From positions 2,763 to 66,762 of IMG/VR virus record IMGVR_UViG_3300028559_000035: a stretch of DNA of 64,000 nt; one strand, given 5' to 3'. The DNA comes from a virus. The translations under genes were made by a program, and so were the position numbers. Position 1 is the stretch's first letter, and each line of letters begins with the position of its first letter. Positions 1-9,492 of this stretch are shown piece after piece. The notes under the pieces are model-generated. The model searched no databases. It saw nothing but the letters and a program-made list of their open reading frames with translations, and had not been told where the DNA came from.

Positions 1-911
1 TATAAACTATACAGAAAAATTATAGGAGTTGTTGAAAAAGTAGAAGATTCTTTGAATTGGAAAGAATTAAATTCAGCTTACAATGTATTATCAATTGATA
101 TAAATGAAAATATAGTAGAAATATCAAATTTATCAAATCGAATAGAATGTTATGATATAATTAGTTATGAATCTGAATTGGTTGGTGTTTTACCAACCAA
201 CTCAAAAATTAGTACTAGATTAAGTGTTTTTATAGTATCTGATGAAAATGGAATTAAATGTAATTTAACTAGTGTATTAATAGATAAAATTATTTATCTA
301 TTAATTATAGATTACAAAAGTTATATGGTAGGTTATAAATTAATTAAACAACGTCTTGATTAGGATCAGGTTCTGGATTTGAATCTAATTTTTTGTCTCT
401 AAAAGACATAAATGAATTATATCCACCATAAGCTAACCAAACAAGTACTATTTCTAAAAAATCTCTAGGTTCTAATGTAGTTATATTTTTTAAAACATAA
501 AATATAGTTAAAACTAAAAAAGAATTAAATACAACAAATCTTTCAATTTTTTTAGAACTTAGCAAAGATTTTTTATTTGAAAATGTTAAAACAACTTCAT
601 CCATAAAATTATTATTCTTATTATCCTTATGTTCATTGACTTTTTTCATACATTATATATTTAATTTTTAATATGATAAAATCTAAAGTAGTAAAATTAG
701 AGAATATTTCATCTAAAAAACTTGAATCTGAAAAAAATATTAAAACTAATCATATTTTTTCTGGTCAATTCAGAGATTGGCCACAAGTAGGTGAGAAAGT
801 GAAAGAGAATCATTTTGGTATCCTATAACTGAAAAAGACTTTCATAAATATTTCATAGATATCGATAAATTAAGAGATGAAAAAATAGATAGAATTCTTA
901 ATATATAATGA

Positions 912-1610
912 ATGATATTAAATTTTAAAGATTTTATTTTTGAGAGTGAAGAAAAAAGTAAAAGCCAAATAAAACGTGAATTATGGCATCAAAATAACCC
1001 ATCACCAACTGGTACAAATATAACAACTGATGATTTACCACAATATGGAGTTCCTGACTCTATAATTGAAATGATGAAAAAATGGCCAGTTATACACAAA
1101 TCACCATATTCTAAATCATTTTATTCTTCAGATGATATAAGTTGGTCTCATAAACCCGATGAATCATACAGAGTATCTGACCATTGGAATTTTATTACTA
1201 ATAGAAGTAATAAAAGACATTGTAAAACATCAGAACCAGTAAAAAATGTTACACATTATTCAATTGGTAAATATGATAAAACAAGAGGTGTTTATGATAT
1301 AATTCTTTCAGAAGTTACAACTATTTTTGATAAAAAGATGAAAGATTATGAAGAAAAATTAAAATATCTTCAAGACCCAGAAACTATTTATAAAAAGAAA
1401 TTATTTAAAGATAATATATTAAAAGGTGATGTTTTTGCAGAATTTACAATTAAAGGTAAAGAATATTCAGGACAAGTTGATAAATATACAGGAAATAAAA
1501 TTATATTAAAAAATGATAAAGGTGAAATTATATTTACCGATAATAAGTTTGAACCTAGTAATATATCTTTAATGGATAAAAATAGAAATATAATTAGTAA
1601 TCCTTTTTAA
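912..1610 (+). CDS. Hypothetical phage protein with N-terminal CTS-like tag (MILNFKDFIFES)
   Basis: 232-aa ORF; TAATATATA box at 899-907 immediately upstream. Confidence 0.6.
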   Translation: MILNFKDFIFESEEKSKSQIKRELWHQNNPSPTGTNITTDDLPQYGVPDSIIEMMKKWPVIHKSPYSKSFYSSDDISWSHKPDESYRVSDHWNFITNRSNKRHCKTSEPVKNVTHYSIGKYDKTRGVYDIILSEVTTIFDKKMKDYEEKLKYLQDPETIYKKKLFKDNILKGDVFAEFTIKGKEYSGQVDKYTGNKIILKNDKGEIIFTDNKFEPSNISLMDKNRNIISNPF

Positions 1611-1963
1611 TTTAAATCAAATACAATATAAATGTAAACATTTAAATTTTTTGTTGTTTCACCATCACCATTAAAATTTCTATTACTTATATCAAAGAAA
1701 GTTATTTGAAAATTTTTAACAAAATTTGATATAGATTTAATACAATCATTTAATTCTGAGGAAAATTCACCAAAAGATTCAAAAGGTATTAAATTTGTAC
1801 CTCTTATTAATAATATATATTTTCCTATTGATTTATCTTTAATAATATTAAAATCTATTCCAAAATCTTTTAATCCAATTAAAATATCTTCAACATGATT
1901 GATATCCTCTTTATCTTCATTATTATATTTCTCATTACATTCTTTATAAGATTTTATTTTCAT
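1607..1963 (-). CDS. Hypothetical protein, CTS-like N-terminus (MKIKSYKECNE)
   Basis: ORF track; shared N-terminal motif. Confidence 0.5.
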   Translation of the reverse strand: MKIKSYKECNEKYNNEDKEDINHVEDILIGLKDFGIDFNIIKDKSIGKYILLIRGTNLIPFESFGEFSSELNDCIKSISNFVKNFQITFFDISNRNFNGDGETTKNLNVYIYIVFDLN

Positions 1964-1964
1964 A

Positions 1965-2642
1965 TTAAGTCCACCAACCTTTTACTTTTATAGCCTCAAA
2001 ATCTATTTGAGGTAATTTATCTTTAGTAATCTTTCTTACTTCTCTAATTGTTTTTGAATTATCATCATAAAAAACAGCTTTATTGAATTTACCATTTTGT
2101 ATAAGTTCAACAATGACATCTCCTTTCCAAGATGATGATTTTTTATTATATATTAATTGGCCTGGATAACAATATAAACCATGATTTGGCATATCAAATC
2201 CTAATTTTTCTAAATATTCTTCTACTTTATATCTTATCTTATCATACCTTGCAGTTACGATAGCTTTATTTTTAACTCTTTTATATATCTCTGATATATC
2301 TGTTATTTTATCTGGAAAACTTAAACTTGAATAATAATATCTATCTGGTGCTGTTAGATAAACTCTTTCTTTTTTTCTAACCCAATCAGTTTTTTTGGTA
2401 TTTATTTTATATTCTGGGTCATTCACATAATATCTACCATTATCAAATTTTAGATCACTAATCTTAGCATTTATTTGATTTAGAAGATACTCTAATAAAT
2501 CACTGATTTTTAAATTCTCATTCAAAAAATCAAATATTTGTTCTTCAATTTTTGGACTATCAACAAGTGTGTCGTCAAAATCAAAGATCCATAATGTGTT
2601 ATCATCATCAATGGATTCAAATAGTTTATATTTAATTATCAT
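1965..2642 (-). CDS. HAD-superfamily phosphatase (Swiss-army-knife RNA-repair-like)
   Basis: Motif I DFDDTL, VTAR motif II, FYDD motif IV; N-terminus MIIKYKLFES. Confidence 0.7.
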   Translation of the reverse strand: MIIKYKLFESIDDDNTLWIFDFDDTLVDSPKIEEQIFDFLNENLKISDLLEYLLNQINAKISDLKFDNGRYYVNDPEYKINTKKTDWVRKKERVYLTAPDRYYYSSLSFPDKITDISEIYKRVKNKAIVTARYDKIRYKVEEYLEKLGFDMPNHGLYCYPGQLIYNKKSSSWKGDVIVELIQNGKFNKAVFYDDNSKTIREVRKITKDKLPQIDFEAIKVKGWWT

Positions 2643-2897
2643 TTAAGCATATATATTAAATTTTTAATTATATTTGTATATGATGAATCAAATAGAATTT
2701 GGCAATTTTTTTAATAAACTTAATGAGTTGCTTGAGAAAGAAAAAAGAGGTGAACAGATTGATCTAGATGAGCAGATTGATTTTATTCTAATGACTGGTC
2801 AAACTAATCATGATGAGGAATTGCAAGATTTTTCTAGAAGGTTAAAAAACCGAAAAAATAATTTGAAAAAATTATTAGGAGATTGAAAACTTTTTAG

Positions 2898-2905
2898 TAT
2901 ATTTG
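2898..2905 (+). promoter_or_regulatory. Bacteroidota-type -7 promoter box driving amber tRNA operon
   Basis: TATATTTG matches TAnnTTTG; lies 15 nt upstream of the tRNA; identical boxes at 2669, 24121, 29241, 30495, 31730, 32091, 60209, 60856 and 35029-35036 (-). Confidence 0.7.
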
Positions 2906-2920
2906 TAATGTAATAAATAA

Positions 2921-3002
2921 GCGAGTAGAATCTTAAATGACACGTGGTGTGACAACTAGATTCTAAACCTAGAGATAAGGCGTTCGACCCGTCCTACTCG
3001 CA
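2921..3002 (+). tRNA. Atypical amber suppressor tRNA, anticodon CUA
   Basis: Acceptor GCGAGTAG/CTACTCGC (8 bp); anticodon arm CTAGA-TTCTAAA-CCTAG; T arm GGCG-TTCGACC-CGTC; enlarged D region; no encoded CCA. Confidence 0.8.
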
Positions 3003-3088
3003 CAAATAAAATAAAAATAAGTAAAATGAGTAATATGTAGGTTAAAATCCAGAAAAAAAATGATTTTCAATATTTTATATATAACTAT

Positions 3089-3994
3089 ATGAAAAATCAA
3101 TTTATTAAAAAATCAATAATTATACATAATGGTAAATATGATTACTCTATGGTTGAGTATATAAATACCAACACTAAAGTTAGTATAATATGTTCTAAAC
3201 ATGGTGTATTTAACCAAACACCAAAAAATCATATAAACAATCACGGATGTCCTAAATGTGCTTTAGAATATAAAAGTTATAAACTTAGAGAAGATATTTT
3301 TTATTTTATTTCTAAATCAAATAAAATTCATTTAAATAAATATTCGTATGAAAAATCATTTTATAAAAATAACAAAACCAAATTAATTGTAACATGTCCA
3401 TTTCATGGTGAATTTATAATAACTCCTATACATCATTATAAAGGACACGGATGTAAAAAATGTACTAATCAACATAGAAGAAGTACCGAGGAATTTATTT
3501 TAGAATGTAATAAAATACATAATAATAAATATAATTATAGTGAATCTAAATTCACATCATTGAAAAATAGTGTTGATATTATTTGTAATAGTCATGGGAA
3601 TTTTAAACAACAGGCAGGACATCATTTAAGAGGACATGGTTGTCCAGGTTGTTCAACATCAAATGGGGAAAAATTCATAAAAAAATGGTTAGATAATTGT
3701 GGAATTAAATATATTACTCAAAGTAAATTTAATGATTGTTTAAGTTTAAAAGGTAGAAAACTAAAATTTGACTTTTTTATACCAAGTTTAAATTTATGTA
3801 TAGAGTTTGATGGGAAGCAACACTTTGAACCATTGGAATTTTTTGGTGGAGAAAAATCTTTTAATATATTGAAAGAGAACGATGATATTAAAAATATATA
3901 CTGTGATAAAAACAATATCTCATTAATTAGAATAAAATATAATGAAGATATAGAAAAAATATTAAAACAAAAAATAAATTATATTATGAACTAG
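3089..3994 (+). CDS. Free-standing homing endonuclease (CxxHG/GCxxC Zn-finger repeats + C-terminal PD-(D/E)XK/Vsr-like domain)
   Basis: Repeated YDYS..I.C..HG.F......H..G.GCxxC units; C-terminal FDFFIP...IEFDGKQHF; ends in TAG in frame with the downstream gene. Confidence 0.75.
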   Translation: MKNQFIKKSIIIHNGKYDYSMVEYINTNTKVSIICSKHGVFNQTPKNHINNHGCPKCALEYKSYKLREDIFYFISKSNKIHLNKYSYEKSFYKNNKTKLIVTCPFHGEFIITPIHHYKGHGCKKCTNQHRRSTEEFILECNKIHNNKYNYSESKFTSLKNSVDIICNSHGNFKQQAGHHLRGHGCPGCSTSNGEKFIKKWLDNCGIKYITQSKFNDCLSLKGRKLKFDFFIPSLNLCIEFDGKQHFEPLEFFGGEKSFNILKENDDIKNIYCDKNNISLIRIKYNEDIEKILKQKINYIMN

Positions 3995-4345
3995 ATTGAT
4001 AAATTTCAAGAAACAAAGTTAATCACTATAACAAGAAGTGATTTAAAAACAGATGGATATATTGTACCACAAACAGTACATTCGCTCGCAGACTTCGCTT
4101 ACGAGCATCCAGAAGTCTTTAAAAAGTGGAAACAAGAATCTAATTCCATTATCTGCCTATCCTGTAATTCAGAGGCACAATTATTAAAACTTTACGAAAA
4201 ATATTCTCAATTAACACCCGCGGTCAAATTTTTTGAACCTGATGTTGATCAATGGACATCTATTTGCCTTTATGGAACTAAAGATATTCGTAAGAGCTTA
4301 TCGCACCTACCATTATCTCTTAAAAATAAATCTGTTGTAGTATGA
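3986..4345 (+). CDS. Peptidyl-tRNA hydrolase Pth2/PTRHD1-like protein with in-frame TAG at codon 3 (missed by ORF track)
   Basis: ATG AAC TAG ATT..., then an open frame KLITITRSDLKTDGYIVPQTVHSLADF...SIICLSC.SEAQL...FFEPDVDQWTSICLYG...LSHLPL to TGA at 4343-4345; no other ATG in frame. Confidence 0.75.
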
Positions 4346-5013
4346 GAATATTAAATTTTTTTCGAAAAAATAAAAAACCTAAATCTGTGGTTAAACCAGA
4401 TTATTATTATACAATTAATAATAAAGATTGGGCTGTTGAAGATTCAATTAACTTCCAGACACAAGGTATTGTAGAAGGTATGAAACCATATGGATGGGCA
4501 ATTGAAGTTAGATGGAAAGATAGTAAAGGTGAATTGTATCCATGGGAAACATCTTGGAATAGAAAAATATACCATTCAGCAGTTTCAGCATCAGAAGCAG
4601 CCCTTAAATGTTATCTATCTAAAAATCATGGATATGAATGGAGACTAAAACCATTATATTCAATGGAACAACAAGAATATAGAAGCTTTAAACTTGATAA
4701 GTTATTGAATGTTAATAGACAAGAACCAAAAAAATATGAAATAAAAGGTTGGAAGGTTAAAGAAGATACTGAAATAGTTTATGATAATGGTGTTAAAGCT
4801 AAATATAAAAAAGGGACTTTATTCATTCAAATGGAAAATGGTAGTGTATTTAGAATTAATGGGACATCTGATAAAACTTATAATATCAATTTATATCAAT
4901 TTAGAAAAGATTTAATAACTAATGAGAATGTAATAGAAGTAGAGATAAAGGATGAAAAGTGGTCACACCCACATTTATTAAAAGAATTAAAAACAAAATT
5001 AAAATTAAAATAA
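4342..5013 (+). CDS. Hypothetical protein (internal YRSFKLDKLL motif)
   Basis: 223-aa ORF coupled to the Pth2-like gene by an ATGA overlap. Confidence 0.6.
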   Translation: MRILNFFRKNKKPKSVVKPDYYYTINNKDWAVEDSINFQTQGIVEGMKPYGWAIEVRWKDSKGELYPWETSWNRKIYHSAVSASEAALKCYLSKNHGYEWRLKPLYSMEQQEYRSFKLDKLLNVNRQEPKKYEIKGWKVKEDTEIVYDNGVKAKYKKGTLFIQMENGSVFRINGTSDKTYNINLYQFRKDLITNENVIEVEIKDEKWSHPHLLKELKTKLKLK

Positions 5014-5014
5014 T

Positions 5015-5599
5015 ATGAATTAGATTAATAAATCAATTGTCATCTCCGCGATGAAAAATTGTGAACAGACCAAAGGTGTTTCTGTTCTTGACCATGGTAT
5101 TTCTGTAAAGAATTATCTCTTTGACCTTATAAATCACCTAAGAACCGGTGATGAACTTAAATATGATTGGATATTACCAGATTGGTTATTAACCAATAAA
5201 GATCTGATCTTATCATCTCTACCTGATGATGATACCCTTAAATTATATACAAAATATCATGATTCTGGAAAACCATTTTGTCTAACAATAGATGATGATG
5301 GTAAAAGACATTTCCCAAATCATGCAGAGGTATCATATCAAATTTTCAAACAAATTTCTAATAATGATGTTGCGGCAGAATTAATTCGTCACGATATGTA
5401 TATCCATCTTTTAAAATCAGATGGTGTTGATGAATTCTGTAAAAATCCTTTTGCATTAACTTTACTATTAACTGGGTTATCAGAGGTACATTCAAACGCT
5501 CAAATGTTTGGAGGATTAGATTCTCTTTCATTTAAAATCAAATGGAAATCAATCAATCAAAGAGGTAAACAAATTTTAAACAAACTAAAAAATAAATAA
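5015..5599 (+). CDS. HD-domain phosphohydrolase, probable true start at 5015 with in-frame TAG at codon 3
   Basis: H...YHDSGK...H...HD motifs; ATG AAT TAG ATT AAT AAA at 5015 is in frame with ATG 5051 and begins 1 nt after the previous stop. Confidence 0.7.
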
Positions 5600-5604
5600 T
5601 AATT

Positions 5605-5943
5605 ATGAAAACACTAGATCAAAACAGACAACAAGTAATCAACTATCTTAAAAAAACATCTAATCATGTTTTTTTAAACCCTAAATCAACTTTTAAATGG
5701 GGAACAGATAAACCAGGTCATTATGAATATGATTTTGATAATGGTACATATTTTAAAGTATTCACTAGAGATGATAAATGGTTTTATTTAAAAGATAATA
5801 AGATATATTCTTTAGACATTGATCATTATTTAAAATATTATGAAAATAACGCTAAATGTGTTATTAGTAATTTACTATTTCTTAATAATAATATGAAAAG
5901 TATTAGAAATACTAAATTTGTTCAATCAAAAATTAATATATAA
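5605..5943 (+). CDS. Hypothetical protein
   Basis: 112-aa ORF continuing the operon. Confidence 0.5.
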   Translation: MKTLDQNRQQVINYLKKTSNHVFLNPKSTFKWGTDKPGHYEYDFDNGTYFKVFTRDDKWFYLKDNKIYSLDIDHYLKYYENNAKCVISNLLFLNNNMKSIRNTKFVQSKINI

Positions 5944-5946
5944 ATT

Positions 5947-6786
5947 ATGAAAATATTATTAATACTCTTATTATTTATATCAACACTATCATATTCTCAA
6001 AGAATTGAAAAAGTTGATGGTAAATACAAAGCTAAAATTGAATATTCAGTTAACGGTAAGAGTATTGATTTTATTTTTAATAATGCTAGTTGTTGGTTGA
6101 AAAATGAATTTCCAAAGATAAAACTTGATACTAATATTTATATGAAAAGTAAAAATTTATCAGCAGTAATAAATGATAATAAATTAAAATTTCATATAGA
6201 AATATCGTGTTATGATGGTTATTTTATTACAAAGTTTAGTGATTTTTATATAGCTGAAGATAAATCAAAACAAAAAAAGATATCTAAAATAATCAATATT
6301 TATTTGAATTATCAGGAAGAATGCAAAAATATATTAGATATAATGAAATACATTAAAAAATTTAATGAATCTGATGATTTAGAATCAAAAATTGAAGATT
6401 ATCTTAAAAAGGAATATCCAACACAATGGTTTGATTCTCAATTACAAGAAAGAGTTTATGAGTACATAGGCACAGATGAGGCAGAAGATTATGATGGAGA
6501 TCCAGTTAAGGCTTATAAAAATCTATCTACTGGTGGAGCTGTTGAATATGATCTTCTTGATGAAATGGTAAAGGATGTTTGTGAAAAATTTGGACTCAAT
6601 TATGATGATAAAATTTTAAATAGAACTCCAATGAATATTGTGCATGATCATTTAATGGATCATTGTACTTGGAAAGATAATTTTATATTTAATAGAAGAT
6701 CAACTGAACCATATAAAAGTCCATTTGGCAATTCATATAAGAATTTAATGAAGAGATGGGATGATGATAATGAAATTAAACTTTAA
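5947..6786 (+). CDS. Apparent fusion: signal-peptide protein plus a CTS-tagged protein starting at 6343
   Basis: N-terminal hydrophobic signal peptide MKILLILLLFISTLSYSQ; internal MKYIKKFNES at 6343. Confidence 0.5.
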   Translation: MKILLILLLFISTLSYSQRIEKVDGKYKAKIEYSVNGKSIDFIFNNASCWLKNEFPKIKLDTNIYMKSKNLSAVINDNKLKFHIEISCYDGYFITKFSDFYIAEDKSKQKKISKIINIYLNYQEECKNILDIMKYIKKFNESDDLESKIEDYLKKEYPTQWFDSQLQERVYEYIGTDEAEDYDGDPVKAYKNLSTGGAVEYDLLDEMVKDVCEKFGLNYDDKILNRTPMNIVHDHLMDHCTWKDNFIFNRRSTEPYKSPFGNSYKNLMKRWDDDNEIKL

Positions 6787-6808
6787 GTAAATAAAACATA
6801 TATTTATT

Positions 6809-7069
6809 ATGAATTTAAAATTCAAAATATATGATAAAGTTCATCAGATAGAAATATCTCCGGATAAAACAATTCTTAATAACTTAAAAGATTTTGAAAT
6901 ACCTTGGTCTTGTCTTGAAGGTCATTGTTCAAGTTGTATGTGTAAACTAATATCTGGTGAAGTTAATATGATAAATAATTTAGCTTTGACTGACAAGGAA
7001 GTTGAGAATGGTTATATTCTTACTTGTCAGTCATTTGCTAAATCAGATATTGAATTAAACTTTGATTAA
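6809..7069 (+). CDS. 2Fe-2S plant-type ferredoxin
   Basis: PWSCLEGHCSSC...ILTCQ: Cx4Cx2C...C motif. Confidence 0.85.
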   Translation: MNLKFKIYDKVHQIEISPDKTILNNLKDFEIPWSCLEGHCSSCMCKLISGEVNMINNLALTDKEVENGYILTCQSFAKSDIELNFD

Positions 7070-7633
7070 TTACTTAACTTGACCAATTTTCTTTGGTGAA
7101 AATTTTATATTTTCTCCAGTAGAAAGATTAGAATCTTGCATTTTATATGAGTTTATAAAATAAAGACTATCTTTTAATTCGAACTCATAGATATTATCAG
7201 TTACTAAATTTTCAATTATAACTTTTTGTGTTGGAATTGTTGATAAAATATCAGATTGTTCTTTATTAAATCTAATATAAGAAATTATTTTACAACTCAT
7301 TCTTTTTAAAGAATTAACACTAAATTTACCATTTTTATTTACAATAGTTATTTTAGATTGATCTGAGCAATAATGTTTATCTTTATAAATAAATTTAATA
7401 TCTTTAATATATTTTTTTCCTGAAATATCAGAATTATCAAGAATAGGATATACCATAAAAGTGGAATCAACATCATGTAAATATGGTTTAGGTTGATTTT
7501 CATCAGTATATATAGATGATTCATACTTAATTATATTTTTACAATGTGTGCAATCAACGTTTTGTTTAAATTCAACAAAACCCGTAAATAGGCTAAACAA
7601 ACTAACAGAGAAAAGGGCTACTATTATTTTCAT
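7070..7633 (-). CDS. Hypothetical secreted/membrane protein
   Basis: N-terminal hydrophobic segment. Confidence 0.5.
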   Translation of the reverse strand: MKIIVALFSVSLFSLFTGFVEFKQNVDCTHCKNIIKYESSIYTDENQPKPYLHDVDSTFMVYPILDNSDISGKKYIKDIKFIYKDKHYCSDQSKITIVNKNGKFSVNSLKRMSCKIISYIRFNKEQSDILSTIPTQKVIIENLVTDNIYEFELKDSLYFINSYKMQDSNLSTGENIKFSPKKIGQVK

Positions 7634-7705
7634 AAATTATTTTTTATTTTATATATAAACAATTTATGATATTAATTTATCAAAACCCTTGATTTTAAAG
7701 GGATT

Positions 7706-7954
7706 TCAAGATGTGAACTTCTCTAATGCAATAGAAATATTAAATTCAGGGTCTTCAACTAGTTGTTCCGGGTTATGGTCACGAACTAATTCTTCTGGTA
7801 GTTCATATTTGACAATAGTTTGCATATTTTCTTTTTGATATATTTTTAAAGTATTTAAACAATCATTTACTATTTTAGTAATCTCATCATTAACTGGTAT
7901 AGAAGATGATTCAGAATATTTTATTATACCTTCATATGTTTTTAAATATTTCAT
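7706..7954 (-). CDS. Hypothetical protein, CTS-like N-terminus (MKYLKTYEG)
   Basis: Shared N-terminal motif. Confidence 0.5.
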   Translation of the reverse strand: MKYLKTYEGIIKYSESSSIPVNDEITKIVNDCLNTLKIYQKENMQTIVKYELPEELVRDHNPEQLVEDPEFNISIALEKFTS

Positions 7955-8445
7955 ACCTCAGAGTAATCAATTTTTAGACTAATTGTATCACTCCAAAGAT
8001 CTCCCACACTGGCAGATCCATTTGATATTTTAACTTTATAACCAATAGTTTCAATTCTTTTAATAAAATTATTATTTATTTTTTGAATAATATCATCCCA
8101 TTTTGAAGTATGTTTTATTCCACCATATTTATTTTTATATTCTATTTCTTCATTAATATTAACTAAAATACTAAAATATTTAGTAGTGATCATATCATTC
8201 AGTATCTTAGTGGCTAATTTACTTTTATTTTCATTTGGTTGATTTTCCAATTCTATCCAAGTAAAATATGAATAATGTATTCCAATTTCTTCTGGACTTG
8301 AATTGAGTTCCCACTCAAATTTATAGAAATTATTTTCTTCAGCAAATTCATTAAATATAGATTTAATTTCTTCTAAGCATTCAGTATCAAACTCATCAGG
8401 TTTTAAATTATTATTTAAATTTTCAAAGTATTTTAAATATTTCAT
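7951..8445 (-). CDS. Hypothetical protein, CTS-like N-terminus (MKYLKYFEN)
   Basis: Shared motif; TAATATATA on - strand at ~8450-8458. Confidence 0.55.
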   Translation of the reverse strand: MKYLKYFENLNNNLKPDEFDTECLEEIKSIFNEFAEENNFYKFEWELNSSPEEIGIHYSYFTWIELENQPNENKSKLATKILNDMITTKYFSILVNINEEIEYKNKYGGIKHTSKWDDIIQKINNNFIKRIETIGYKVKISNGSASVGDLWSDTISLKIDYSEV

Positions 8446-8472
8446 ATTTTATATATTAAAACTTATTGTTAA

Positions 8473-9492
8473 TTAAAGATCTTTTGAAATTATACTTTTT
8501 ATCCTATCTTCATATTTTTTGGTAAATTTAACATCATCATTTAGATACAACTGAATCAATTCTTTCTTTTTTATTTTAGAACAATCAACTCTTTTTAAGA
8601 TATATCCTTTTTCTTCACATTGAATTTTACCAAATTCATATTTCAATATATTTATCTCTGTGTTCCATAGTTTTTTTGGTTTACACTCTATGACATATTT
8701 GTTATTTATTATGAAGTCTGGAAAGTAATTTCTGCAAATACCATTTATAAAATAGGTCATTTTATTTTTTCTATTCTCACCATTTTCCCACGCTAGATTA
8801 AATCTTTCTATAATAAATATCATGTATGATAACTCTAATAAACTCCTGAAATACCAATTTTTATACCATCCAGACCACCCATTACCGGATCCAACGGGTG
8901 CCGGTTTTCCATACATAGGATTAAGTTTTCCACTATTTAAAATTGATATTTTCTTTTTAAAAATCTCATTTCTTTTATCAGCTTCAATTTTTCCATATTT
9001 AATTATCCAATACTCATAATTAGTCTTTTGATCTGGATTATGATGTCCTTTTTTAAATTCTGTTTCTTTAGAGTACCTTTTACCTTTATGTATTGATCTA
9101 TAACGGATTTTATTTTCTTCTGTGTGTCTTTTACCATAAAATGGATTTCCATCACCCTTATAAATATCTTTCTTTATCAAAGATATACACTTATAACATT
9201 TTTTATCATCATTTTCACATCTTATTCTATTTTTAACATTTTTATGAAAAACAATTTCATTACAAAAACTACATTTCCTGTAAGTTCTTTCATCTACTAT
9301 ATTATTATCTTTAATTATCTTATTAAGTGTCCTGCGGTGTAAATTTAAAAAATTAGCTATTTTATCAAGTGATGTATTTTCTAAATTTGATTTTATATAT
9401 TCTATGATGTCCATAAACAAAAAAGTTATTTTAGAATATATATTTAAATCCGAAAGTTGGAAAACCAAAAAATGTAAATAAAATGACGTCAA
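8473..9492 (-). CDS. Homing endonuclease with NUMOD3 motifs and TnsA-like PD-(D/E)XK domain
   Basis: NPFYGKRH/NPMYGK NUMOD3 motifs; FRSLLE...YFPDF...IECKP; true start probably the internal Met (MDIIEY). Confidence 0.7.
   Translation of the reverse strand: MTSFYLHFLVFQLSDLNIYSKITFLFMDIIEYIKSNLENTSLDKIANFLNLHRRTLNKIIKDNNIVDERTYRKCSFCNEIVFHKNVKNRIRCENDDKKCYKCISLIKKDIYKGDGNPFYGKRHTEENKIRYRSIHKGKRYSKETEFKKGHHNPDQKTNYEYWIIKYGKIEADKRNEIFKKKISILNSGKLNPMYGKPAPVGSGNGWSGWYKNWYFRSLLELSYMIFIIERFNLAWENGENRKNKMTYFINGICRNYFPDFIINNKYVIECKPKKLWNTEINILKYEFGKIQCEEKGYILKRVDCSKIKKKELIQLYLNDDVKFTKKYEDRIKSIISKDL

Noticed and set aside
2921-5599. Pyrrolysine system
   Set aside because: No pylS/pylBCD-like genes in the window, and the tRNA has an enlarged rather than reduced D region.
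5605-5625. ACACTAGATC near the start of ORF 5605 as a fourth amber start
   Set aside because: The TAG is out of frame with the ATG, and its own frame closes after a few codons.
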